DNA of 64,000 bases from Patescibacteria group bacterium (GCA_041665345.1 JBAYJA010000001.1:137206-201205); one strand, 5' to 3'. Shown: positions 16,162 through 24,964, counted from the stretch's first letter. Numbers and translations are program-made. The notes: generated by a model not told the origin, from the sequence alone.

Positions 16162-16232
16162 GACAGTCACCTGACTGTCCCATTCCTCTGGTCATAACAT
16201 AAGGTTGTGGCCTTGCACTTTCAGAAATACAC
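16162..16232 (+). promoter_or_regulatory. regulatory module copy 1: 8-2-8 palindrome gacagtca-cc-tgactgtc, 6 nt, then a 47-nt conserved element ctctggtcataacataaggttgtggccttgcac...
   Basis: Recurs at 16638-16708 with the same spacing, directly upstream of the next gene. The element can form a 9-bp RNA hairpin ggucauaac/guuguggcc using G-U pairs. Confidence 0.55.
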
Positions 16233-16255
16233 ATTCAATCAGAACGAGGTGAAAC

Positions 16256-16570
16256 ATGGTAAACGTACAAGCCTTTGAGTTGCGGAAGTTGATTCCCGAA
16301 CTTGAGGCACAACTCAAGCAAGCGAGACAAGCGCTTGAAGCGATTGAAGCACGGTGCTCGCATAGCTGGGGCCCAGTACAGTACGACCCCATCGAGCATG
16401 CTGCATATCACATTCCCGGCGACCCGCCGGAGTTTAGCGGCGCAGATCATCGATTTCCAATGGACGTGCCCGCCCGAACCGAGAAACGTTGGCGACGGGA
16501 TTGCATCCATTGCGGAAAACCAGAATACACAAACCATACAAAACCTGCTGGGGAAGAGCCAGTGTTCTAA
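16256..16570 (+). CDS. hypothetical small protein (Cys/His-rich)
   Basis: 104 aa. CSHSW...CIHCGKPEY. SD gaggtg upstream. Confidence 0.5.
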   Translation: MVNVQAFELRKLIPELEAQLKQARQALEAIEARCSHSWGPVQYDPIEHAAYHIPGDPPEFSGADHRFPMDVPARTEKRWRRDCIHCGKPEYTNHTKPAGEEPVF

Positions 16571-16637
16571 TGGATGTTGTGGGTGAAGTATGTGCTTGTT
16601 TGTGCATACTTCACCCCTTTCTCATGAAGAGACGAGA

Positions 16638-16708
16638 GATGATTATGTGATCATCTTCTATCTCTGGTCATAACATTAGGTTGTGGCCTTGCACCTTAAG
16701 AAAATGAA
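16638..16708 (+). promoter_or_regulatory. regulatory module copy 2: palindrome gatgatta-tg-tgatcatc, 6 nt, then the conserved element ctctggtcataacattaggttgtggccttgcacc...
   Basis: About 90% identical to copy 1 over 47 nt. A partial third copy (tgcaccttgaaaacatg) lies at 18256-18285 upstream of the Nudix/pncB genes. Confidence 0.55.
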
Positions 16709-16731
16709 TTTCATCCGAAAGTGAGGATACA

Positions 16732-18132
16732 GTGAAAGTCATCATGTATGGCTTAAGCGCTAATCCGCCTGGGATACACCATCGTTTATTGGTGCAGGAA
16801 ATGGCGAAGTATGCAGACCTGGTCATTGTGGTGCCGTGCGGTTTACGGCCGGACAAGTTGACCACGAATGATATCCCGCCGTTGTACCGTGCAGCAATGA
16901 CCGACATGACCTTTCAGGACATTCCAAATGTATGCGTGGATCTGTCTGACTTAGAACGATCAGTATTCACGCGAAGTTGGGAGTTGTTGCAAAGGTATGA
17001 GCGAGAATATCCTGGAGCGGAACTTTGCTTGGCAGTTGGTGGCGATCTTATTGCCAACGGTCGCTATGGTGAGTCAGCCATTCACCGCAAGTGGGAGCAG
17101 GGGAAAACACTGTGGGAAAATGCAAACTTCATTGTTTGCAATCGCCTGCACACTCCCTTTGATCCTGTGGATCTACCCCCACACTGCCAGTTTGTGCATG
17201 TAGACCTTGTCGGTTCCAGCACAGACATTCGGGATCGCGTGTTCGGACACAAACCAATTACCGGTTTGGTGATGCCGAGCGTGGAGACCTACATTCATCG
17301 GTACAATCTGTACCGGGGCATGATGGCGGCCACAACCGCGAAGCATGCCAGCTTAGATAATCCTCGCCTGCTCATACTGGCAGATGCTGAGACGCCACGA
17401 GCAATGGCAATCGCTTCGCAGTTCGCGCGGTTTGAGGATGCTGAAAATCCAAACGGCATTTTGGTCTGTGGCGGTGATGGCATGATGCTGCAAGCAATTC
17501 GGCAGGAGTGGCGCCGACGTTTGCCCTTCATCGGCATGAATGCTGGCCATTGGGGGTTCCTCATGAATAGCTTCGAAGAAATCACCGCAATGGATCACGC
17601 CTTTGATGACCTCTCTTTTGTCCAGTCGCCCATGCTGTACGTGGAGTCAGTGCGGCCAGATGGAACCACGGCAAATGCCTTGGCGTTCAACGACTGCTGG
17701 ACGCATTCGCAGAACAATGGGCAAGCAGCGAAATCTGAGGTTCGCGTGAACGGCAGAGTCTGCCTCAAGTCCGTGGTGTCAGATGGCATGCTGGTGAGTA
17801 CGGCCGCGGGATCAACCTCGTATGCGCGGGCAATGGGCGCTATGCCACTTCCGGTGGGCTCGAGTCAGCTTATCCTCGTGGGCAGCAATGTGTTTTCCCC
17901 CTTTGGGTGGCGGCCAGCGTACCTGCCAATTACCGATCGGATTTGCATCCGAACTTTGGAACCGGAGAAGCGTCCGGTAGATGCATTTGTTGATGGTATT
18001 TCCTTTGGGCAAACCATGCAGCTCGATGCCCGAACCAGCAATATTGCTTCCGTGGAAATTGGATTCTTCGGCGCACACGATTTGCAGGAGAAGATCCGCG
18101 CAATTCAGTTCGTTGAGCAGTATCTTCAATAG
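16732..18132 (+). CDS. bifunctional fusion: nicotinate/nicotinamide-mononucleotide adenylyltransferase (NadD-like) N-terminal, NAD kinase (NadK) C-terminal
   Basis: The N-terminus MYGLSANPPGIHHRLL matches the (H/T)xGH nucleotidyltransferase motif of NadD. The C-terminus has GGDGMML (NAD kinase GGDGT motif), NDxW and TAAGSTSYARAMGA (NadK GSTAYS motif). It is a single 466-aa ORF. Confidence 0.8.
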   Translation: MKVIMYGLSANPPGIHHRLLVQEMAKYADLVIVVPCGLRPDKLTTNDIPPLYRAAMTDMTFQDIPNVCVDLSDLERSVFTRSWELLQRYEREYPGAELCLAVGGDLIANGRYGESAIHRKWEQGKTLWENANFIVCNRLHTPFDPVDLPPHCQFVHVDLVGSSTDIRDRVFGHKPITGLVMPSVETYIHRYNLYRGMMAATTAKHASLDNPRLLILADAETPRAMAIASQFARFEDAENPNGILVCGGDGMMLQAIRQEWRRRLPFIGMNAGHWGFLMNSFEEITAMDHAFDDLSFVQSPMLYVESVRPDGTTANALAFNDCWTHSQNNGQAAKSEVRVNGRVCLKSVVSDGMLVSTAAGSTSYARAMGAMPLPVGSSQLILVGSNVFSPFGWRPAYLPITDRICIRTLEPEKRPVDAFVDGISFGQTMQLDARTSNIASVEIGFFGAHDLQEKIRAIQFVEQYLQ

Positions 18133-18302
18133 TCGCACTTTCCATTGTGCGGGGGCATGGTTCTACTCCATGCCCCCCGCATATTCCTTCAAAGCTTTGC
18201 AACGAACTTGGTTGGTTGCAGCGCTTTCATCCAGAAATAGTTCTGGGTGATGCACCTTGAAAACATGCAAGCAAATGAACATATATTTGAGAAAGGAACA
18301 TT

Positions 18303-18917
18303 ATGGTACAGCCAAAAGTGCGACCGCAAGGCAGTTTCGCCTTGGAGACTGTTGATATCAATGGTCGAAATTGGTCGGTGCTACACGCTTCAGACTCAGC
18401 CGGTTTATTGGTCTTTCTGAAAGATCGTAATGCCATTGTGCTGGTCCGGCAGCAGCGTGCGCCCATGGTTTCTGCACACAATCCGGAAGGTTCGATTACG
18501 GAACTTCTCGCTGGTCGGTTCGACAAAGACGAGACGCCAATCCAGTTGCTGGTTCGCGAGGCTTCAGAGGAAGCTGGAATCGCCATTGATGCCAGTCAGA
18601 TCAAAGTACTCAACTTTGGTCACCCGCTTGCCCTCTCAGCCGGCATTATTGATGAACTATGCTGGATTGGTTACGTGGAAATTTCCGATGACCAAATTGA
18701 CCCCAGCGGTAAGCTTTACGGACTGCACGAGGAAGGAGAGTTCATTGACCGGATCATGATTCCGGTTGAGCAACTTGAATCCCTGGTTTGTGAAGATGCT
18801 CGTGTCTTCGGCATGATCCAGTGGTTCCTGCGTTGGCAAATGGAACACCGTCTGCAAGCATTAACAGACCAGCTGGAGAAATTCGAACGCGAGATGAACG
18901 AAACGAAAACGATTTGA
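18303..18917 (+). CDS. Nudix hydrolase, likely ADP-ribose pyrophosphatase
   Basis: Nudix box GRFDKDETPIQLLVREASEEAGI. Sits between nadD-nadK and pncB. Confidence 0.7.
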   Translation: MVQPKVRPQGSFALETVDINGRNWSVLHASDSAGLLVFLKDRNAIVLVRQQRAPMVSAHNPEGSITELLAGRFDKDETPIQLLVREASEEAGIAIDASQIKVLNFGHPLALSAGIIDELCWIGYVEISDDQIDPSGKLYGLHEEGEFIDRIMIPVEQLESLVCEDARVFGMIQWFLRWQMEHRLQALTDQLEKFEREMNETKTI

Positions 18918-18926
18918 AGGGAGTGA

Positions 18927-20195
18927 TTGAAGGTGCTTACAACACGCTTTATTCGAAAAGATGAGGCGATCATCCAGTCGTTGCTTGACGTGGACTTCTA
19001 TAAGTTCACGATGAGCCACTTCATTTGGAAGTACTACCGGGACGTCGAGGTAACCTTCGGGATGAAGAACCGTACGAGTCACGTTCGCCTCGCGGAAATT
19101 ATTCCAGAAGGAGCTTTACGTGAGCAGCTGAACTACGTCCGGGATTACCTCAGATTCAACTTGAGTGAAATTTTTTACATGCGAGGTATGGATATCTACG
19201 GGAAGAACATGTTTTCGGAGGATTACCTGGATTTCCTGAAGGCACTCGCCATGAGTGATTATCAGTTACGCGTGGTTGATGGTCAGTTTGATCTACGCTT
19301 CACTTGTCTTTGGCCGGCCGTTACTTTCTGGGAGACAATTTCGCTGGCGATTGCCAACGAGTTGTACTACCTAGAAATCCTGAAGGAAGAAACTCGGTTC
19401 GATCGACAGGCAATCTATGCCGAAGGTATCAAGCGACTCCACGAGAAAATAAAAAAACTCAAGGAGCACCCTGACCTAACATTCATCGAGTTTGGTACAC
19501 GCCGGAGATTTGGCCGAGTTTGGCAGCGCGATGTCGTCTGTGCGTTAGCCGAAGAATTACCACCGACGCAATTCCGTGGTACGTCAAACACAAAGTTGGC
19601 GTTTGACCTTGGCTTAGTTCCCATGGGTACCAACGCGCATGAACTGCAAATGGTAGTTGGCGCCCTCGCTAAGGACGATGCTGCACTTCTGGCTTCCACT
19701 GACAAAGTGCTTGATCAGTGGTGGGAGTTGTACGGTTACGGTCTCTCTATCGCGCTACCGGACACTTTTGGCTCCGATTTCTTCTTTCAAACATTTGGTG
19801 AAGAGCGAGCAAAGAAGTGGAAAGGTGTGCGGGAGGACTCCCGTGATCCGTTTGTGGGCGGCGAGCAAGTTATTCAGTACTACCAGAGTCTAGGTATTGA
19901 CCCCAAGACGAAGCTCTGGTTGCCGAGTGATGGTTTAGACATTCAGAAGATCATCGCGCTTCACAATCAATTTTGTAACCGCATCGGCCTGTCATTTGGC
20001 TGGGGCACAACCCTCACGAATGATCTCGGTTTACCCACGCTCTCTCTTGTCGCCAAGACAATTGAAGCGAATGGCCGACCGTGTGTGAAGCTTTCGGACA
20101 ATTTGGCCAAGGCCATGGGTCCGAAAGATGAAGTCGAACGGTATAAACGCGTATTCGGCTATACGAATACGCATACCGAAGAGTGCAAAGTCTGA
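18927..20195 (+). CDS. pncB: nicotinate phosphoribosyltransferase
   Basis: 422 aa with NAPRTase-family motifs (FGTRR...; LPDTFGSDFF; VREDSRDP). TTG start is 4 nt after an AAGGGAG SD. Confidence 0.85.
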   Translation: MKVLTTRFIRKDEAIIQSLLDVDFYKFTMSHFIWKYYRDVEVTFGMKNRTSHVRLAEIIPEGALREQLNYVRDYLRFNLSEIFYMRGMDIYGKNMFSEDYLDFLKALAMSDYQLRVVDGQFDLRFTCLWPAVTFWETISLAIANELYYLEILKEETRFDRQAIYAEGIKRLHEKIKKLKEHPDLTFIEFGTRRRFGRVWQRDVVCALAEELPPTQFRGTSNTKLAFDLGLVPMGTNAHELQMVVGALAKDDAALLASTDKVLDQWWELYGYGLSIALPDTFGSDFFFQTFGEERAKKWKGVREDSRDPFVGGEQVIQYYQSLGIDPKTKLWLPSDGLDIQKIIALHNQFCNRIGLSFGWGTTLTNDLGLPTLSLVAKTIEANGRPCVKLSDNLAKAMGPKDEVERYKRVFGYTNTHTEECKV

Positions 20196-20327
20196 TTTGC
20201 TTGCATGGTATGTACATTCCGGTGGGAGATTTCAACTATCTCCCACCCCTCATTCTAGTTATGCAAGAGTTTGGATAATTGAAGTGAGGAAAACTGATCA
20301 TTATAAACATATTGCACAGGAGGAAAA

Positions 20328-20807
20328 ATGCGCGTCGTATACTGGCTTGAAACCTTTCCACCACCGAGTGACAAATCAATTTTTTTAGCCGGACCTACGC
20401 CACGGCATGAAGGAGTGCAAACCTGGCGTCCAAAGGCGCTGGAAACGTTGGAGCGGCTTGGGTATGACGGCGTGGTCTTTGTACCTGAGTATCGTAACGG
20501 CCAGTTGCCAAAGGTGGATATGGCAGCGTATACGGATCGGATTGACTGGGAAACCAGTGCCCTTGCGCGGGCTCAAGTTATTGCCTTCTGGGTACCACGT
20601 GTACTGGAGACCATGCCAGCCTTCACGACCAATATCGAATTTGGTGAATGGTTCAAGTCCGGCAAAATTGTTCTGGGTACGCCGCCAGAAGCGCGGAAGG
20701 TAAGTTACATGCGTTACCGCGCTGGTCAACATCTGGTGCCGCTGGCAGAAACGTTGGAAGACACGCTGAAACTGGCTTTGCGGAAGCTGGGCGATCTTGC
20801 AAAGTAA
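20328..20807 (+). CDS. nucleoside 2-deoxyribosyltransferase-like (Rossmann) protein
   Basis: IFLAGPTPR ... VIAFWVPR ... TNIEFGEW resembles the NDT/YtoQ family pattern. AGGAGG SD. Confidence 0.5.
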   Translation: MRVVYWLETFPPPSDKSIFLAGPTPRHEGVQTWRPKALETLERLGYDGVVFVPEYRNGQLPKVDMAAYTDRIDWETSALARAQVIAFWVPRVLETMPAFTTNIEFGEWFKSGKIVLGTPPEARKVSYMRYRAGQHLVPLAETLEDTLKLALRKLGDLAK

Positions 20808-20926
20808 AAAGGTTCTTTCGGTGGAGAAGCATTTCTCCACCGTTCCCTCCAGCATCCCACAAGTAGTGGGGGATTGGAGGGAAAGAAAAAAGTTAATTAA
20901 AAACTCAATAGAGAAAGGACATAGTT

Positions 20927-22588
20927 GTGAAAATCGCTTTGCTCCAACTGAATTTTACCGTGGGTGATTTAGAAGGAAACACCACGAAGATTATTGCTGG
21001 CTATCAGCAGGCGAAAGCGCAAGGTGCGCGGTATGCAGTGAGTTCGGAGTTGGCTATCTTTGGCTACCCGCCTCAGGATTTGTTGGAATTTCCAGAATAC
21101 TTGGAACGTCAAGATGCGCAAATTGAACGCCTCCGTCAGGAAGTGAAGGGCGAAACGAGCCTCATTGTTGGCATTGCGGAGCGGAATACCACCGGGACAG
21201 GGAAACCCCTGTTTAACAGTGTGATACACATCTACGATCAACAGGTGCTGGTTATTGGTCGGAAGTGTTTACTGCCGACGTACGATGTATTTGATGAGCA
21301 GCGGTATTTCACGCCTGCCGAACTCCCGCGTCCGATCAGGCGGGATAGGACATCCATCGCCACATTAGTATGCGAAGACATTTGGTACGGTTCTGAATTT
21401 GTCAGCGGTCATCATCTGTACAAAGATGATCCAGTCGGTCACCTTGAGGGTCTGGGTGTGGACTTCCTTTTCGTTCTCAACGGTTCGCCGTACACCTGGC
21501 ACAAAGGTCGGGAGCGGTTTACCCTAGTGCAGAATATCGCACAGCGTTGCAAGTGTAACGTAGTGTACGTCAATCAAGTTGGCGGCAATGACGACATTCT
21601 TTTTGACGGCCGGAGTTTCGTTGTCAATCCCCAAGGGGAATGCATTGGCGCTGCGGAGCCGTTCAAGGAGCAGGTTGTTATAGTCGATATGGACAACCCT
21701 ACTCCGGTTGCGTATCCGTTCGATGATAACCTGCGTGATCTCTACGATGCTTTGGTTATGGCCACCCGTGATTACATTGCGAAAGTTGGTTGTCAGCAAG
21801 GTGTGGTCATTGGCCTTTCTGGCGGTATTGACTCTGCGTTAACCGCGGCAATCGCAGTTGATGCGCTGGGCCCCGACAAGGTTGTAGGCATAACCATGCC
21901 CTCAGTGCTCTCTTCGAGCGGGAGCGTCAGTGACTCTCTGGCTCTCGCCAAGAATTTGGGAATACAGTGTTTCACCGTTCCCATTGGTTGTACGGTTGAT
22001 AGCTACGGGAAAGCGCTGGAGCCGATCATTGGTTGGTACCCAGCAACTGCACGACCGGGTGATGTGACCGAGGAGAACATCCAGGCCAGGACGCGGGGGA
22101 ATATACTCATGGCGCTTTCAAACCGGGTGGGAAAAATCGTTTTGACCACCGGCAACAAATCGGAAGTGGCTGTGGGCTACTGCACGTTGTACGGCGATAT
22201 GGCAGGTGGGTATGCGGTCATTTCCGACATTCCCAAGACTTTGGTGTATGCACTCTCAAGGTACGTCAATCGGTTTGGAGAAATCATTCCCGAAAGTACC
22301 CTCACCAAGCCGCCATCGGCCGAACTTCGACCGGATCAGAAAGACACTGATTCATTGCCGGCGTATGAGGTGCTGGATCCGATTCTGAAAGCCTACAATG
22401 AAGATCGGATGACGGTAGGGCAGATTATCGAGCTTGGTTTGGCGGATGCAGCCACAGTGCATCGGGTCATTCGCATGGTCAACACGAATGAGTTCAAACG
22501 GCGGCAACTTGCACCGGGTCCGAAGGTAACCTCCAAAGCCTTTGGGTCTGGTCGGCGCATGCCCATTGCTGCCAAAATGATTAGCTAG
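20927..22588 (+). CDS. nadE: glutamine-dependent NAD+ synthetase
   Basis: N-terminal CN-hydrolase domain (MKIALLQLNFTVGD...). C-terminal PP-loop SGGIDSALTAAIA. 553 aa. Confidence 0.9.
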   Translation: MKIALLQLNFTVGDLEGNTTKIIAGYQQAKAQGARYAVSSELAIFGYPPQDLLEFPEYLERQDAQIERLRQEVKGETSLIVGIAERNTTGTGKPLFNSVIHIYDQQVLVIGRKCLLPTYDVFDEQRYFTPAELPRPIRRDRTSIATLVCEDIWYGSEFVSGHHLYKDDPVGHLEGLGVDFLFVLNGSPYTWHKGRERFTLVQNIAQRCKCNVVYVNQVGGNDDILFDGRSFVVNPQGECIGAAEPFKEQVVIVDMDNPTPVAYPFDDNLRDLYDALVMATRDYIAKVGCQQGVVIGLSGGIDSALTAAIAVDALGPDKVVGITMPSVLSSSGSVSDSLALAKNLGIQCFTVPIGCTVDSYGKALEPIIGWYPATARPGDVTEENIQARTRGNILMALSNRVGKIVLTTGNKSEVAVGYCTLYGDMAGGYAVISDIPKTLVYALSRYVNRFGEIIPESTLTKPPSAELRPDQKDTDSLPAYEVLDPILKAYNEDRMTVGQIIELGLADAATVHRVIRMVNTNEFKRRQLAPGPKVTSKAFGSGRRMPIAAKMIS

Positions 22589-22612
22589 TTCTGAGTTTTG
22601 TACATTCTTTCA

Positions 22613-22645
22613 AACGCCCCTGGCTTTCCTGGGGGCGTTTTTTTA
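22613..22645 (+). terminator. nadE terminator acgcccctgg-ctttcc-tgggggcgt plus T7
   Basis: GC stem plus ttttttt. Confidence 0.75.
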
Positions 22646-22918
22646 TTGACAATTTTTTTGAAAAGCGTAGCCTTGGAAGTGGCCGGTTAAACTACAAAAG
22701 TCAGGCGGACACCGAGGTATGTGTAGGTACTATACCGGTTGGAAACAAAAAGTCGTGAACTCTTGTCCTGTGAATGGAGGGATCTCCACCCCGTGCCGAG
22801 GCCTGGAACGTCTCACGGTCATCACCGCCTGGAAGATGGCGGGTCACTGTTTTGCGGGGGAAATTCGTTTTTGCACTCATTTTGCTGTTTGGGCATCCCT
22901 CGGGGTGCCCTCTTTTTT
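22646..22918 (+). ncRNA. candidate about 240-nt non-coding RNA (promoter TTGACA 22646-22651 through terminator 22891-22918)
   Basis: GC-rich segment with multiple inverted repeats, bounded by a promoter-like box and a strong intrinsic terminator (gggcatccc-tcg-gggtgccc plus T7). The only ORFs run through the terminator. Confidence 0.3.
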
Positions 22919-22947
22919 CAAAGTACATTCACAAGTTATGTTAGAAT

Positions 22948-23811
22948 ATGAATATGAAGGTAGAAAATTTTTTTGGCATAACCAGTATCATTGCCATTTT
23001 GGTGCTAGTTTCTGCATTTACCGCTTCGTACCGTGAGCAGAAGCAGCAATTGCAGCTACTGAACCATAACCCTAGCGTGCAAGTCCTGACGTCGAACGCG
23101 AACATTACCGGGACGAGTATTCTAGATACGGCAACCATAGGCCAGCACAGCACGGCAGGGGATTGCTGGTTGCTGATTCAGGGAAGTGTTTACGACGCCA
23201 CTCAATACCTGCAATTACACCCGGGTGGCCAATCTATTGTTCTACCTTTTTGTGGTGCAGATGCAACCTCGGCGTTTCTGACAAAAGGTGGCCAAGGCTC
23301 ACACTCGCGCACCGCTTTTACCCAGTTGGGTGCGCTATACCTGGGTCAGCTGAACGAGGTCATTGGAAACAGCAATACCAACAGCACCAACACGAACACC
23401 GTGAGTGCGGTGAACACCAACACCGTGACGGTGAATGCGAATACTTCGGCCAGTGTGCCACAACCAAGCAGCACGGTGGTTCTGAATACGGCGACAGTAG
23501 CGAAACATAATACTGCTACCGATTGCTGGCTCATCATTTCTGGGAAAGTCTACGCCGTCAGTGGCTACCTCAGTGCGCACCCGGGTGGTCGTTCCACCAT
23601 TATTCCCTACTGTGGTCGGGATGCAACCCAGGCCTTTGCCACGCAAGGTGGGCAGGGTTCGCACTCCAACTTTGCCAGCCAGCAGCTCAGTGGTTTGGTC
23701 ATTGGCACTGTGGGCAGCACGACCACAACCACAAAAGTGCAGCAAATTGTAACACCATCACCAACTTCGCCCACCACGAATGGGCAGGAAGAAGAAAACG
23801 ATGATGACTAA
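22948..23811 (+). CDS. membrane-anchored protein with two tandem cytochrome b5-like heme-binding domains
   Basis: N-terminal TM helix, then two repeats of HxxxxDCWLxIxGxVYxxxxYLxxHPGGxxxIxxxCGxDATxAF...GGQGSHS, joined by an NTN-rich linker. Confidence 0.75.
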   Translation: MNMKVENFFGITSIIAILVLVSAFTASYREQKQQLQLLNHNPSVQVLTSNANITGTSILDTATIGQHSTAGDCWLLIQGSVYDATQYLQLHPGGQSIVLPFCGADATSAFLTKGGQGSHSRTAFTQLGALYLGQLNEVIGNSNTNSTNTNTVSAVNTNTVTVNANTSASVPQPSSTVVLNTATVAKHNTATDCWLIISGKVYAVSGYLSAHPGGRSTIIPYCGRDATQAFATQGGQGSHSNFASQQLSGLVIGTVGSTTTTTKVQQIVTPSPTSPTTNGQEEENDDD

Positions 23812-24118
23812 TACTTTTGTTTTCATGAAAAAGGTGCACCGGTACTTGGTGCTTGGCATCCTTGTGCTGGGTTTGGCAATGGCAATTACCGGACTGCTCC
23901 TGAAATTTCCAGTGATTGCTGCAGACTATCTAACGTTCGTTGACCAGGAGTACATCCGTTTCTTGCACAATAATCTCAGCACGTACTTTTCCGTCGTGTT
24001 TGTGCTCATGATATTCACTGGCATCTGGATGTACTTCTACCCAGATTGGGTAGCCAGGCGGCAACGACGGCAAAACGAGCACAATCATTTTCCGCAACCG
24101 GATTTGCGTAGACCCTAG
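23801..24118 (+). CDS. small membrane protein (2 TM)
   Basis: Two hydrophobic helices. Start overlaps the upstream stop by 11 nt. Confidence 0.45.
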   Translation: MMTNTFVFMKKVHRYLVLGILVLGLAMAITGLLLKFPVIAADYLTFVDQEYIRFLHNNLSTYFSVVFVLMIFTGIWMYFYPDWVARRQRRQNEHNHFPQPDLRRP

Positions 24119-24220
24119 CGGTGGTTATTGCTTTTTTGCATCTCACTCTGGCATCGCAGAGGGTTTTTTGACATTTAGGTTGTAGCTTGGTAGGGTCTGG
24201 TTATAACAAAGGAGAACAAA

Positions 24221-24430
24221 ATGTTGAAAAAAGTATTCTTACTACTCGGACTCGTTGTCCTGACCAGTACCACAGCGCTTGCTCTTTTGCCAGGTGATAA
24301 ACTTGTGGAACCCTATGTCTTTGATTGGCAAACCTTTACGCTGATTGTGGCTCTGGTAGGGCTCTGCATTTTTCTTTTCGTTATGAAGAGAAAGATAGGG
24401 AAGCGAAATACTGAAATTAAAAAGGAGTAG
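24221..24430 (+). CDS. 69-aa membrane mini-protein, paralogue 1 (signal peptide, short ectodomain with Trp, C-terminal TM, K/R tail)
   Basis: AAAGGAG SD. MLKKVFLLLGLVVLTSTTALA...DWQTFTLIVALVGLCIFLFVMKRKIGKR. Confidence 0.5.
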   Translation: MLKKVFLLLGLVVLTSTTALALLPGDKLVEPYVFDWQTFTLIVALVGLCIFLFVMKRKIGKRNTEIKKE

Positions 24431-24433
24431 ACC

Positions 24434-24643
24434 TTGAAAAAAGCATTCGTCTTTGTAGCAGGATTGTTGATGCTGAGTTTCACAACCGCGTTTACCCTGG
24501 TGGCGGGTGATTCACCCGCTTCACCGCCAGCCCAGTCTTCAGGATCGAGCTGGGGCGAAGCCATTGTTCTCGTTCCAGTCATTGGGCTCCTTCTTTTTTT
24601 CATCTTTACCAGACAAAAATCTGGAAAGCAGAAACAACCATGA
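24434..24643 (+). CDS. 69-aa membrane mini-protein, paralogue 2
   Basis: TTG start after an AAGGAG SD. Same architecture (SWGEAIVLVPVIGLLLFFIFTRQKSGKQKQP). Confidence 0.5.
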   Translation: MKKAFVFVAGLLMLSFTTAFTLVAGDSPASPPAQSSGSSWGEAIVLVPVIGLLLFFIFTRQKSGKQKQP

Positions 24644-24736
24644 TCATTCACAAAAGCGCCCCTGAGTAATCAGCGGCGTTTTTTTGACACCCCAGGCCGA
24701 ACTCGATAGGATGGATGTAACACAAAGGAGATCAAA

Positions 24737-24946
24737 ATGTTAAAAACAGCACTTATTCTATTTGGGGTTCTTGGAGTGCCCATCCTTTTTGCTTTTTATA
24801 TCTTGGACAATCCTGCGAGTCCGCTAGCACATTTTCTTGATTCCCTGCCATCTGATTGGGGAAGATCGCTGTTCCTTATAGCTATCGTGGGCCTCGGTAT
24901 TTACTTCATCATAACTCATAGAAACGCCAGGAAGAAACAACCGTGA
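24737..24946 (+). CDS. 69-aa membrane mini-protein, paralogue 3
   Basis: AAAGGAG SD. Same architecture. Followed by a duplicated terminator aaaagcgcccc...ggggcgctttttt. Confidence 0.5.
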   Translation: MLKTALILFGVLGVPILFAFYILDNPASPLAHFLDSLPSDWGRSLFLIAIVGLGIYFIITHRNARKKQP

Positions 24947-24964
24947 TCATTCACAAAAGCGCCC

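Noticed and set aside
18141-18180. Hairpins without T-runs (18148-18180, 20221-20247, 20819-20842, 16105-16133) as intrinsic terminators.
   Set aside because: The stems are good but lack a following U-tract. They may be RNA stability elements or processing sites, so they are not listed as terminators.
22646-22918. RNase P RNA or tmRNA assignment for the candidate small RNA.
   Set aside because: It lacks the P4 consensus blocks (GGAAAGUCCGGGC ... ACAGAACCCGGCUUA) and a tRNA-like 3' end or tag-peptide frame. Left as an unclassified candidate.
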